From an uncultured delta proteobacterium (GTDB taxonomy: Bacteria > Desulfobacterota > Binatia > UBA9968): a DNA stretch of 64,000 nt. Below, one piece after another: positions 40,435 to 49,687 of this stretch. The position numbers and the translations under genes are program-made. Every line of letters begins with the position of its first letter. Position 1 is the stretch's first letter. A model generated the notes under the pieces. The model saw only the letters and a program-made list of their open reading frames with translations, was not told where the DNA came from and searched no databases. The stretch spans positions 24,349 through 88,348 of the forward strand of contig CAVXEP010000011.1 of assembly GCA_963760795.1 (NCBI GenBank), given 5' to 3'.

Positions 40435-40766
40435 AAGTCGGGCAGGCGACGGCCGGCGATTCGCGCAGCTGTCCCCACTGCAGAGCGACGATCCTTAAAA
40501 GCGCGGCGACCTGTCCGATGTGTCGCCATAATCTTCGCTTTGTCTCAATCGGCGCCGAGTCGCACGCCAAGCCATCCAGTTGCCCGCTCTGGGTGGAAGG
40601 GACTCTGCAAAATGCCAGCGAAACCGAAACGCTTGAGTATTATCTCCTGATGGAAGTGCGCGACGAGGCCGGCAAGGTGATCTCGCGGCAAAGCGTCGGC
40701 GTCGGCGCGATCCCGCAGGCGGCGAAAAGAATCTTCTCTCTGCGCGTCGAAACAACGCCGGCATAA
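40431..40766 (+). CDS. Hypothetical protein: N-terminal zinc ribbon plus beta-rich (FxLYD-like) domain
   Basis: CPHC-x10-CPMC; ATGA overlap with the bactofilin stop codon. Confidence 0.78.
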   Translation: MKVGQATAGDSRSCPHCRATILKSAATCPMCRHNLRFVSIGAESHAKPSSCPLWVEGTLQNASETETLEYYLLMEVRDEAGKVISRQSVGVGAIPQAAKRIFSLRVETTPA

Positions 40767-40790
40767 GCGCAACTTTTATCCGAGTCGACC

Positions 40791-40842
40791 ATGGGCTCAA
40801 GACGTACGCTGTCAATCGCGTAGCGCCTTGAGCCCATTTTTT
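40791..40842 (+). terminator. Intrinsic terminator after the bactofilin operon
   Basis: ATGGGCTCAAG...CTTGAGCCCAT stem followed by a T run, between convergent genes. Confidence 0.7.
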
Positions 40843-40851
40843 CAGTATCTA

Positions 40852-41952
40852 CTAGCGCAGATTCGCCAGCAGCGGTTTTAGCGCTTCGACTACGCCGTTA
40901 GCGATGCGGTGCATGCCTGCGTCGTTTGGGTGGACGCGATCGGTAACGAGCAGGAATAGCGGTTCGTTGACCATCGCCAAGCCGTCGGCTAGGTGCAATT
41001 GCGTATCGCTGTTCTGCCGCTGGCGGACGACGCGGGTGATGCCTTCGCGGTACAACTCGGGGCGCTCGCCGTTTTGATTGCCGCCGCGATCTAGGTCCGC
41101 CCGGTTCAGGATCGGTGTCACGCAAAGAATCGGCTTGGTCGGCGCGCTGCCTCTGATGGTCGTTAGAAATGCGTCGTACTTGGCCGCGTACTGCGCCGCG
41201 GTTTCCGGTTTCCCGGTCGCGTCCGTTCCGGCAAATGAGTTTGTCCCGAGCATGATCGACAGCACATCCCAATCGTTGCGGCTGGCGATGGTCTGGGCGA
41301 CGATATTGTCGGCCCAGGCGGTGCCGCCGAAGCCGAAGTTGATGCCGACACAGTTCAACTGCTCGGCAACTTGCCAGACATAGGTCTCCCGCGGGCTGGT
41401 AACGCCATGGCCTTGAGTGATGGAGTCGCCGTGGAAAAAAATCCGTGGCCGTTTATCCGGCGCAGCTTGTTCTAACTGCGCGGCGGCGTCGATACCGATG
41501 GCGTGCAAGACAACCTCGGAGTTGCGATAGTAGAAGGGCAGCAGCACTTGGATCTCCGCCGTGCCGGCGAGTTCTCGATCGTTGAAGATGGTTACTTCCT
41601 GCGGTTCGAAGTGAGTGAGCCCGGCCATGCTGGCGACATACTTGCGGTCTCGGTAGAGCGAGAAAAAATTTGGCCGCGAGCGCTCCCAGCCCGAAGCCGG
41701 TGTCGCCGGCGGCGTGTCCGGAGCGTCGACGAAGGTGACGCGAAAAACCAGTTTCTTCGCGTCGGTGCGAAAGCGCACCGACATGCCCGCTGACGACATG
41801 GCACGGCGCGCGGTCTTCTTCGGCCACTGGTCGCGCCAAGCCTTGGTGACGCGCACCGGCTGCAAGCCTTCGCCCCGCGGTTCCCAATCGGCGACATTGA
41901 GCCAATCGAAACGTCGATCGCGCGGTTCGAGCCATTGCATCGCATCGCTCAT
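40852..41952 (-). CDS. SGNH/GDSL hydrolase with N-terminal GxDLY-like accessory domain
   Basis: HGDSITQG, NFGFGG, GTN and DRVHPN catalytic blocks. Confidence 0.88.
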   Translation of the reverse strand: MSDAMQWLEPRDRRFDWLNVADWEPRGEGLQPVRVTKAWRDQWPKKTARRAMSSAGMSVRFRTDAKKLVFRVTFVDAPDTPPATPASGWERSRPNFFSLYRDRKYVASMAGLTHFEPQEVTIFNDRELAGTAEIQVLLPFYYRNSEVVLHAIGIDAAAQLEQAAPDKRPRIFFHGDSITQGHGVTSPRETYVWQVAEQLNCVGINFGFGGTAWADNIVAQTIASRNDWDVLSIMLGTNSFAGTDATGKPETAAQYAAKYDAFLTTIRGSAPTKPILCVTPILNRADLDRGGNQNGERPELYREGITRVVRQRQNSDTQLHLADGLAMVNEPLFLLVTDRVHPNDAGMHRIANGVVEALKPLLANLR

Positions 41953-41977
41953 TGCCAATTTCCCCTATTACTTGCTT

Positions 41978-43021
41978 CTAAGCTCCCAGCGCCGGCATGA
42001 CCTTGGTGCCGAACAGTTCAAGGGAATGCATCACCTGTTCATGTTTCAAGCCGCCGAACTGGAACATGCCGACCAGGCTGTCAGGCTTGGCCGTCGCAAT
42101 CATGGCGCGGGCTTTTTTCACGATAGTTTCGGGGCTGCCGATCAGCGAAGTCCCCCATTCATCCAGACGCTTGATCGTCAAACCGCCGGGATAATAGACG
42201 TAGCGTTCGGTGAAGCGCGTCAGATCGGCTTCCGAAACCGTCTCGCCGCGCCAGTAATTATCGGTGGCCAGTTGCCAGAAGCGCATGATTTCAGGCACCG
42301 CTTCGCGCCAGGCCTGTTCGTCGGAGTCGGCGACGTAAATATCGCGCACCATGATGGCGTCGCCTTTGCCATTGACATGGCCAAGGTTGGCGAGCTCGGC
42401 GCGGTATTTCTCGATGGCTTTGGCGCAGTTCGCCAGGGGCTGGCGCGACAGCGCGAGATTCCAACCGCGCCGCGCCACCATTGCCGGGCTATCCGGCGAT
42501 GTCGCGCCATAATAGATCGGCGGGTGCGGTTTCTGCAGCGGCTGGGGCCGGCAGGATATCTCTTCGTAACCCCAGGCTTTGCCCGTGTAGCTGAATGTCT
42601 CGCCGGTCCAGGCGCGCAAGAGGATCTCGATGCCTTCCTCGAAGCGCGCCTGGGCGGTTTCGCGGTCGAGCCGATGTTTCATGTCGTCCTTGGGCACGCC
42701 GCGGCCGAGGCCGATGTTCAATCTGCCGTTAGTCAAAATATCCAGCATGGCGCACTCTTCGGCGAGGCGCATGGGATCGTAGAGCGGCAACACGCTGACC
42801 AGGTTGCCGAAGCGCAGCCGCTCGGTGCGGCGCGCCAACGCCGCGATCATCAAATTAGGCGAGGCCAGCATGCCGTAGTCTGAATGATGATGCTCGGCGA
42901 ACCAGGCTTCGTTGAAGTTGAGTCTTTCGGTGAGCTCGATCTGTTCAAGCAGTTCGTCGAACGCCTGCTTTTCGGATGCCCAGGGCCGCCGCTGATTGTA
43001 ACTAAAGGTGCCAAATCGCAT
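41978..43021 (-). CDS. Luciferase-like (LLM class) flavin-dependent oxidoreductase
   Basis: WFAEHH, PMRLAEECAMLDILTNGRLNIGLGRG, PQPLQKPHPP and IGSPE. Confidence 0.93.
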   Translation of the reverse strand: MRFGTFSYNQRRPWASEKQAFDELLEQIELTERLNFNEAWFAEHHHSDYGMLASPNLMIAALARRTERLRFGNLVSVLPLYDPMRLAEECAMLDILTNGRLNIGLGRGVPKDDMKHRLDRETAQARFEEGIEILLRAWTGETFSYTGKAWGYEEISCRPQPLQKPHPPIYYGATSPDSPAMVARRGWNLALSRQPLANCAKAIEKYRAELANLGHVNGKGDAIMVRDIYVADSDEQAWREAVPEIMRFWQLATDNYWRGETVSEADLTRFTERYVYYPGGLTIKRLDEWGTSLIGSPETIVKKARAMIATAKPDSLVGMFQFGGLKHEQVMHSLELFGTKVMPALGA

Positions 43022-43105
43022 CTGTTTGCCTCGCTAAAAGTTAATTTCTGAGCGAACCTAGCGGATGACTCGCCGCGCTGTCAATGCCTCTGGGAACCGG
43101 CCGAG

Positions 43106-44080
43106 CTATCTGCCGGCGCTAAGTTCCTTCACCACCCGGTTGAGCGGGGCGAAGTCGGCGACTTGGCTGAGTGGAACTTCACTCTTCACGCCGAGCAGCT
43201 CGCGTTGTTCGTTGATAATCTCCTGCACCACTGCGTCGGCGATGCGGCCGTCGGGGCTCATCGCTTTTAAGTAAAAATCCAGTGTGCCGGCTAGCGTGTT
43301 GCGCTCTAGACCGGGGAATTCTTTCATGAGAACCGTCAGCGCTTCCTGTTTGTGTTCCCGGGTGTAGATCATGCTGCGCACACTGGCGCGCAGAAAGCGC
43401 TGCACTTGATCGGGCCGTTCCTTCAATTTTTTCGCGCTGGTGCTGAGGCCATTGGACGGCGTGTCGCCGAGGAGATCGCCCAGCCAGACCAGATTACGCA
43501 TGCCTTTTTGCTCGGCCATCACGGTGTAGGGAGGCGTCAGAATCGCCGCTTCGATGGCGCCGGAGAGTAGCGACTGAAAGCGCACCCCGGTATCGCCCAT
43601 GGCGATCAGCGTGACATCGCGCAACGCTTCGAGCCCCGCCGGCTTGAGCGCCTCGCGCGCCGCTTTGTCGGTGGAGCTGGCGAAACCCGAGATGGCGATG
43701 CGCTTGCCTTTCAAGTCCTGCACGCGCTTGATCTCGGGCTGCGCGTAAAGAAAAAAACTCTGCTTGGTGATCAAGGTCGCGATGATCTTGAGCGGCAGGC
43801 CGGACACCGCCGAACGAATCGTCGAACCGTAGATCGTCGTGTAATCGAGCTCGCCCGAGAGCAGCGCCGGGATGATAATGCCGCTGCGCATGACAATGAA
43901 CTGCGGCTCCAATCCTTCGCTGCGATAGATGCCGGTCTTGATGCCGACGAAGAACGGCGCGAAGTCGACCAGCTTGCCGGGAATGCCGATGTGAATGGTT
44001 TCCGGCGCCGGCTGGGCGGCGGTGCAAGGCAGTCTGGTTGCGACGACGGATAGAATGAGCAGAACGACGCGTCCAATCAT
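43106..44080 (-). CDS. NitT/TauT ABC transporter substrate-binding protein
   Basis: Signal peptide; IYRSEGLE, IKRVQDLKGKRIAIS and QVADF. Confidence 0.88.
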   Translation of the reverse strand: MIGRVVLLILSVVATRLPCTAAQPAPETIHIGIPGKLVDFAPFFVGIKTGIYRSEGLEPQFIVMRSGIIIPALLSGELDYTTIYGSTIRSAVSGLPLKIIATLITKQSFFLYAQPEIKRVQDLKGKRIAISGFASSTDKAAREALKPAGLEALRDVTLIAMGDTGVRFQSLLSGAIEAAILTPPYTVMAEQKGMRNLVWLGDLLGDTPSNGLSTSAKKLKERPDQVQRFLRASVRSMIYTREHKQEALTVLMKEFPGLERNTLAGTLDFYLKAMSPDGRIADAVVQEIINEQRELLGVKSEVPLSQVADFAPLNRVVKELSAGR

Positions 44081-44190
44081 GGCGCCGATATTATCAACAT
44101 TTGTCTGCCGATGCGAAGAATTCCATTTGACGGCGCGGTTTTGTTTCGGCTAGGTTTCAGACTTCAAATGACTGATGGGAGGAATTCAAT

Positions 44191-44814
44191 ATGACCGCTG
44201 AGAAAAAGATCGATGTGCCGAGCGAACATTGGGACAAGCTGTTTGCGCCGAGCGCGTGTCTGGTGATGATCACCACGGTGGACGATGCCGGCCGGGTTAA
44301 CGCCGCTTCCTACGGTACCTGCGTCAGGGTGTGCCACGATCCGGTGTACATCGCGTTTACGACCGGTGCGACCAAGGATACCTACAATAATATTTTGGCC
44401 AACGGCGAATTTGTCGTCAACGTGCCATCCTATGAGCGTGAGATTCTCGAAAAGGTGCGAGTTGTCGGCCTCGAATTTCCGCCAGGAGTCAATGAGCTTG
44501 AGAAGGCAGGACTAACGGCGGTCCCGGCCAAAGTTGTCAAGCCGCCGCGCATCGCCGATTGCCGGAGTCACTTTGAGTGCAAAGTCGAGTGGACCAAGCA
44601 GTGGTTGCACCGGCTGATGGTCGTGGGGAAAGTCGTTGCTGCATCCGTCGACGATGGTTGTGTCGACGATAAGGGTTACATTCTGTGGGACAAACTAAAG
44701 CCGGCGCACTATTGCGGTCATGAATATAAGAATGGTTTCGTCGCGGCCTACCAGCCCATGTGGGTGGATATGATTTACAACGAACCGATACCGCCGCGGC
44801 CGACGGGGAAGTAA
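44191..44814 (+). CDS. Flavin reductase-like protein (DIM6/NTAB family)
   Basis: ITTVDDAGRVNAA, KDTYNNILANGEFVVN and PPRIADC..FECKV. Confidence 0.88.
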   Translation: MTAEKKIDVPSEHWDKLFAPSACLVMITTVDDAGRVNAASYGTCVRVCHDPVYIAFTTGATKDTYNNILANGEFVVNVPSYEREILEKVRVVGLEFPPGVNELEKAGLTAVPAKVVKPPRIADCRSHFECKVEWTKQWLHRLMVVGKVVAASVDDGCVDDKGYILWDKLKPAHYCGHEYKNGFVAAYQPMWVDMIYNEPIPPRPTGK

Positions 44815-44938
44815 GAGTTTAGCCACAAAGAGCACAAAGGTTACAAGAAGAAACTCGGAGTCGGATTTTTAACCGCGCCCTTCGACAAAGCTCCCGTGCG
44901 ATCAGGAATGCAAAGAGCGCAAAAAAGATTTAGGACCC

Positions 44939-44964
44939 GTAGGGGCGGGTTTTAAACCCGCCCT
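44939..44964 (+). repeat. GTAG-type REP palindrome
   Basis: GTAGGGGCGGGTTTTAAACCCGCCCT. Confidence 0.78.
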
Positions 44965-44980
44965 AGCTCGGAGGTGATCT

Positions 44981-45703
44981 ATGTTCGAAAGCTGGCGGGG
45001 CGTGGTCGGCGATATCAAGCCGACGCACCGGCCCGGATCGTTGGAAGAGTTTATCAAATTGCTCCCCGAGGGCATCGGCGTGATTCCGCTCACCGTCGGC
45101 ATAAGCTCGGGCACCGAGCAGGAGTTTCACGCGGTCCTCGCTGACTACCAGCAGAAGGCCGCGCAGCTGGCGGAGTTGGGCGTGGACTTGATCTCCATCG
45201 GCGGCGCGCCGCCGATGATGGTGCATGGCTTTAAGGGTGAGGAGAAAATCGTTAAAGATCTCGAAGCCAAGCATGGCATCCCGGTCAACACTTCGGGGCG
45301 CTCGACGGCAGCAGCGATGACGGCGCTGGGGATCAAGAATTTCGTCGGCGTGACTTATTTCCCGGAGCGCATGAATCAAATCTTTAGCCGTTATTTCACC
45401 GAGGCAGGCTTTGAAGTCGCGGCCATGGAAGGCATCGACGTGCCGTTCAAAGATGTCGGCAAGCTGTCCGGCGAAGAGATTTACAAACACACCAAGAAAG
45501 CTTTTCTCAAACACGCCGGCGCTGACGCGATCTACATGCTTGGCTCCGGTTGGCGGTTGCTAAAGATCGTCCGGCTGCTGGAACAGGATCTCCAGGTGCC
45601 GGTGGTTTATGCGCTCGGCGCCAAACTTTGGGAGGTGCAGAAGCGGTTTCACGTGCGTGAACCGATCAAAGGTTACGGCCGGCTATTGGACGAGCTTCCA
45701 TAG
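44981..45703 (+). CDS. Maleate isomerase / arylmalonate decarboxylase (Asp/Glu racemase superfamily)-like protein
   Basis: AMTALGIK, YFTEAGFEV, ADAIYM, LEQDLQVPVV and GYGRLL; contains no cysteine. Confidence 0.82.
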   Translation: MFESWRGVVGDIKPTHRPGSLEEFIKLLPEGIGVIPLTVGISSGTEQEFHAVLADYQQKAAQLAELGVDLISIGGAPPMMVHGFKGEEKIVKDLEAKHGIPVNTSGRSTAAAMTALGIKNFVGVTYFPERMNQIFSRYFTEAGFEVAAMEGIDVPFKDVGKLSGEEIYKHTKKAFLKHAGADAIYMLGSGWRLLKIVRLLEQDLQVPVVYALGAKLWEVQKRFHVREPIKGYGRLLDELP

Positions 45704-45783
45704 CGCGTGCTGCGCTGTGAATTTCTTATTTCAAATTCGATATTTCATATTCCGGACGATTTGGAATCTGTAATTCTCCCCGG

Positions 45784-46824
45784 TCAACCGCCGCGGACCG
45801 CGACGCGGAAGGTTTGCTGGTGCTCGCTGATCCAGGTTTGGATGCGCTCGCTGACTTTTGGATCTGGCGGCGCCGGGTGCTTGATATTGTCGAGGGTCAA
45901 TCTCGGGAAACGCGCTTTGACGCCAGCGTGGGAACTGGTAAATCCTTCTTCGGTGAAAAGGTTTTGTCCCTCGACTGAGATGAGGTAATTGTAAAACAAC
46001 CGCGCCGCCGCCGGGTGCGTCGCTTTTTCCGAAATACCGACCGGATGGATGCTGATGACGATCGGATTGGCCTCCGCGGACCAGTCCACCGGCGCCCCTT
46101 TGGAGCGCGCGTCTTCGATCCGATGGGCGCGAGTGATGGCCACTGGAAATTCACCGGCAACCAGTAGATTCGACGTGTTAGTGTAACCTTGCTGGGTTTG
46201 TGGGTCCTGGGCGGCCAACGCTTTCATAAAGTCGCGCCCGGCCTTGTCGCCTAAGTAGGTCACCATGCCGCCGTACCACTGGAACGCCTCGACCGGCAGA
46301 CCGATCTTTTTTCCTTTCCACCGGGGATCCAAGAGATCCTTCCAGTCTTTCGGCGCCTCGGCCGGTTTAACCATCCGGGTATTCCAGGCGATGGTCGCGA
46401 TGGCGCCATAGATGCTGACCCATGCGCCATTGGGATCGCGATGTCTTGGCGAGATCTGCGCCGCGTCCGGTGACGCATAGCGCGCCAGCGCCACATGCTT
46501 GGAGAGCTCGGAGAACTGGATATATTCCGACGTCACCACGTCCCACAAATATTTTCCCGCCCGCGCCTCGCTCCTGATCCTTTCGACAAACGACGCGCCG
46601 CCGAGACGCAGGTATTTGACTTTGATGCCGGGGAATTTGCTTTCGAAGTTTTTAATGATGTTGCCGACGATCGCTCCGCCGGTGAGAGTGCCGTACCAGA
46701 CGACCTCGCCTTCCTTTTTCGCTTGATCGATCGTTGGCATAGCTTGTTGAGCCCCGGCCTGATGGGCCGGATTAAGCGAAACCAACAGCAGTGTCACCGT
46801 CACTAGGCTTCGAAGAATCGCCAT
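45784..46824 (-). CDS. Extracellular solute-binding protein (Fe3+/thiamine-type cluster)
   Basis: Signal peptide; AKKEGEVVWY, PKDWKDLLDPRWKG and HPAAARLF. Confidence 0.88.
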   Translation of the reverse strand: MAILRSLVTVTLLLVSLNPAHQAGAQQAMPTIDQAKKEGEVVWYGTLTGGAIVGNIIKNFESKFPGIKVKYLRLGGASFVERIRSEARAGKYLWDVVTSEYIQFSELSKHVALARYASPDAAQISPRHRDPNGAWVSIYGAIATIAWNTRMVKPAEAPKDWKDLLDPRWKGKKIGLPVEAFQWYGGMVTYLGDKAGRDFMKALAAQDPQTQQGYTNTSNLLVAGEFPVAITRAHRIEDARSKGAPVDWSAEANPIVISIHPVGISEKATHPAAARLFYNYLISVEGQNLFTEEGFTSSHAGVKARFPRLTLDNIKHPAPPDPKVSERIQTWISEHQQTFRVAVRGG

Positions 46825-47078
46825 AAGGAACTCCTTTTGAATGGACGGATAGCCTGTGCTGAGTCTGGCTATCCTCATAGCGCCAATGGGAGCCGGATGT
46901 AAATGGCTATTTTTCAGGTTCAACCGGCGGCCGAATAGGCAACCTCGGATTGTCATCCTGAATTACAACTATTCCTCACTTAACGAGAATAACCCTGAGT
47001 CACTGTTTGTTCGCGAGTTGACAGTCATTGCGCCGTAGCGCTATGCAAGACGGAAGATCGCAGGTGGAGGTGATCGTC

Positions 47079-48109
47079 ATGAATCAGCTGGCACCGAAAG
47101 ATAGCGTCGCGCTCCTCGACCGTGACATGGCGGGGAAAAATCTTTCTGGGTATTGGCGGCTCGGTATGGAGGGGTTGCCGAATCATCCGGTGACATCGGT
47201 GCAGCCTTGTCTGTGGAAGTGGCAGGATGTTTACGACAGTCTGGTGCGCGCCGGTGAGGTGATCAGCCTGGAGCACAGCGAGCGGCGGGTAGTGCGGCTG
47301 GTCAATCCTGGCCTCGATCGCACGCACGCCTTTGCGACGCACACGATCCAAGTCTCTTTCCAATACGTCAAGCCCGGCGAAAACGCGCGCGCGCACCGCC
47401 ACACGCCGGCGGCGCTGCGTTTCGTCATTCAGGGCAACGGGGCGTACACGACAGTGAACGGCCAGCAATGCGTCATGGAGCCTGGCGATTTGATTCTCAC
47501 GCCCGAAGCTCACCTGGCACGATCACTCCAACGATTCGAAAGAGCCGATGCATTTGGCTCGACGGTTTGGACTTTCCTCTGGTCACGGCGCTGCATCAAG
47601 TCATGCAGGAGCGCTATCCCGAGCGGCGCCAACCGATCGACAAGAGTAGCGAAGATGTGATGGATCAGCTCGGCAGTTCGATTCGCCACAGCCTGCTGCC
47701 GGGGGATTATTTTCATTACAAATGGCGCGACACCGAGCCGGCATTGCGCGCCTTGACAAAAACGCCGGCGACGCGAGATCGCTTCGATGGCTTCTTGCTC
47801 GATTACCGGAATCCCGTGACCGGCGGGCCGACGATGACGACGATTCAGTGCGCGGTTCAACTGCTGCCAGCGAAACAAGAGACGAAATCGCACCGCCACA
47901 CGAGCACGGTGATGTATCACGTGTTTCGCGGAAGCGGAGCGACACAAATCGGCGAGCGGCAGTTCGAATGGCAGCAAGGCGACACCTTTGTCGTTCCGCT
48001 CTGGCACGTGCACCGGCACAGGAACGCGTCATCCGAGGAAGCGATTCTTTTCTCCATGAGCGATGCGCCAGCGCTCAAGGCGCTCGACCTTTATCGCGAA
48101 GAGTTTTGA
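47079..48109 (+). pseudogene. Gentisate / 1-hydroxy-2-naphthoate 1,2-dioxygenase family bicupin with two single-base frameshifts (about 47503 and 47551)
   Basis: ERRVVRLVNPGL and AHRHTPAALRF, then TWHDHSN in a second frame, then WLDGLDFPL...HRHTS in a third; may be sequencing errors. Confidence 0.85.
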
Positions 48110-48126
48110 GCCTACGGGGGTTAATT

Positions 48127-49092
48127 ATGTTTGGCAGCGCCCGCACCTTTCTAAGCATGATCTCAATGCTATTCAGTCTGCTTGCGATGTGCTTGCTGGC
48201 CGCGGCGCAGCCGGCGTGGGCGCTTGAAGAAATTTTGATTTCTTACGCTGGCCCAAGCATCACGTTTTTGCCCGCCGAGGTGGCGCGCCAGCGCGGTTTC
48301 TTTCGCGAGCAGAATCTCGACGTCAAGCTGCTGCTCACGCGCACCGAGGTCGATCGCGCCGCGCTCGCCAGCGGCAATCTACATTACACGCTCAGAGCCG
48401 GCTCGACTTTCGTTTCGGCCGCCAGAGGTTTGCCGGTGCGAATCGTGCTTCTCGGCACGACCAAACCGTTTTGGGGTTTGGTCGTGCGCCCGGAGATCAA
48501 GTCGGTAAGCGATCTCAAGGGAAAATCGATGGGCGTCCCGGGGTTGCTCGGTTCACAGCAGATTTCGGCCAAGTTTATTCTCAAGCAAGGCGGACTGGAT
48601 CCGGATCGCGACATCATCTATCGCGTCGTCGACACCGGCACGCGCATCGGCGGCATGCTCTCCGGCTCCATCGACAGCGCGATGATGGATTACGGCGAAG
48701 CGTTCAGAGCCAAGAAGATGGGCCTCAAGCTATTGATTAACGCCGCCGATTATCACGGCCTGCTCGCCGGCGGGCTCGGCGTCAACAGCGGCAAACTGCG
48801 CGATCACCCCGATCAAGTGCGGCGCGTGATCCGAGCGATGCTCCAAGCGCTGCGCTACCTGCGGGAAAATCCTGAAGGCACGCAGCAGATTATGATGAGT
48901 TGGCTGAAGCTCGACCGCGAAATGGCGGCCGAGATCTATCAGATGGCGATCAACAACTACACGAGAAACGGCATGGTCGAGGATTCAATGCTGAATTCGC
49001 TGGTCACAACCATGCTGGCGGAAGCCGGTATCAAAGGCGTCGCGCCGTCACAGCTCACCGACTTCACGCTGCTGCAACAAGCGCTCAAGTAG
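48127..49092 (+). CDS. NitT/TauT ABC transporter substrate-binding protein
   Basis: Signal peptide; GFFREQNLDV, IKSVSDLKGKSMGV and TDFTLL. Confidence 0.88.
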   Translation: MFGSARTFLSMISMLFSLLAMCLLAAAQPAWALEEILISYAGPSITFLPAEVARQRGFFREQNLDVKLLLTRTEVDRAALASGNLHYTLRAGSTFVSAARGLPVRIVLLGTTKPFWGLVVRPEIKSVSDLKGKSMGVPGLLGSQQISAKFILKQGGLDPDRDIIYRVVDTGTRIGGMLSGSIDSAMMDYGEAFRAKKMGLKLLINAADYHGLLAGGLGVNSGKLRDHPDQVRRVIRAMLQALRYLRENPEGTQQIMMSWLKLDREMAAEIYQMAINNYTRNGMVEDSMLNSLVTTMLAEAGIKGVAPSQLTDFTLLQQALK

Positions 49093-49094
49093 TT

Positions 49095-49619
49095 ATGTTG
49101 GGAAATTTAACAGCAAAGCTTTCGCGCTCATTAGGTCATTGCTGGGCGTTCTTCTTGCCGGTCTATTTTCTCGCGGCAGCAGCATTGGACCCGAGTGAAG
49201 TCACCAACGGCGAGTATCTGAAGTTCGTCGTGGCGACGCGCCACGCTGCGCCGGACTATTGGGTTAATGGTCACTTTCCTGCCGGCAAAGACAACGATCC
49301 GGTCGTGCTCGTCAATTTTCATGATGTGAATGGCTACTGCCGCTTCGTTGGGCGTCGATTGCCGACGGTCGATGAGTGGAAGTCGACTTGCGAAGCCGGC
49401 AAGCTCAAAAAGCGCGGCGATATTTGGGAGTGGACTTCAACCGACGTCGATGTAGGCGGGCAAACTTACAAAGCCCTGTGCGGTCCGGCTAACACATGCG
49501 ATTGCTCGCACCGCTATCTGTCGGAGTGGAAAAACGAAGTGAAAGGTTTTCGTTGCGTGCAGGATCAGACGCCGGTGACTTGGTTGCCGGAGTTGTTTGA
49601 GGGGGAAGTGGTTTTGTAG
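49095..49619 (+). CDS. Minimal FGE-sulfatase (SUMF1/EgtB/PvdO) domain protein
   Basis: EVTNGEY, PVVLVNFHD, RRLPTVDEW, GDIWEWT and GFRCV hallmark motifs in only 174 aa. Confidence 0.8.
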   Translation: MLGNLTAKLSRSLGHCWAFFLPVYFLAAAALDPSEVTNGEYLKFVVATRHAAPDYWVNGHFPAGKDNDPVVLVNFHDVNGYCRFVGRRLPTVDEWKSTCEAGKLKKRGDIWEWTSTDVDVGGQTYKALCGPANTCDCSHRYLSEWKNEVKGFRCVQDQTPVTWLPELFEGEVVL

Positions 49620-49687
49620 TTTACGGAGTTGTGGTAGTCGAAGTAAATCTTGATGACGATGTCGAAGAAACGGCTTATCTCAGGCAT
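49620..49687 (-). pseudogene. DUF4160 family gene, N-terminal remnant
   Basis: ATG at 49687 gives MPEISRFFDIVIKIYFDYHN, matching the DUF4160 start MPEISRFxGIVIxMYxxDHNPPH; truncated. Confidence 0.75.

Noticed and set aside
47722-48126. N-terminal extension of the binding protein (456-aa ORF)
   Set aside because: Overlaps the dioxygenase C-terminus; the signal peptide begins at 48127
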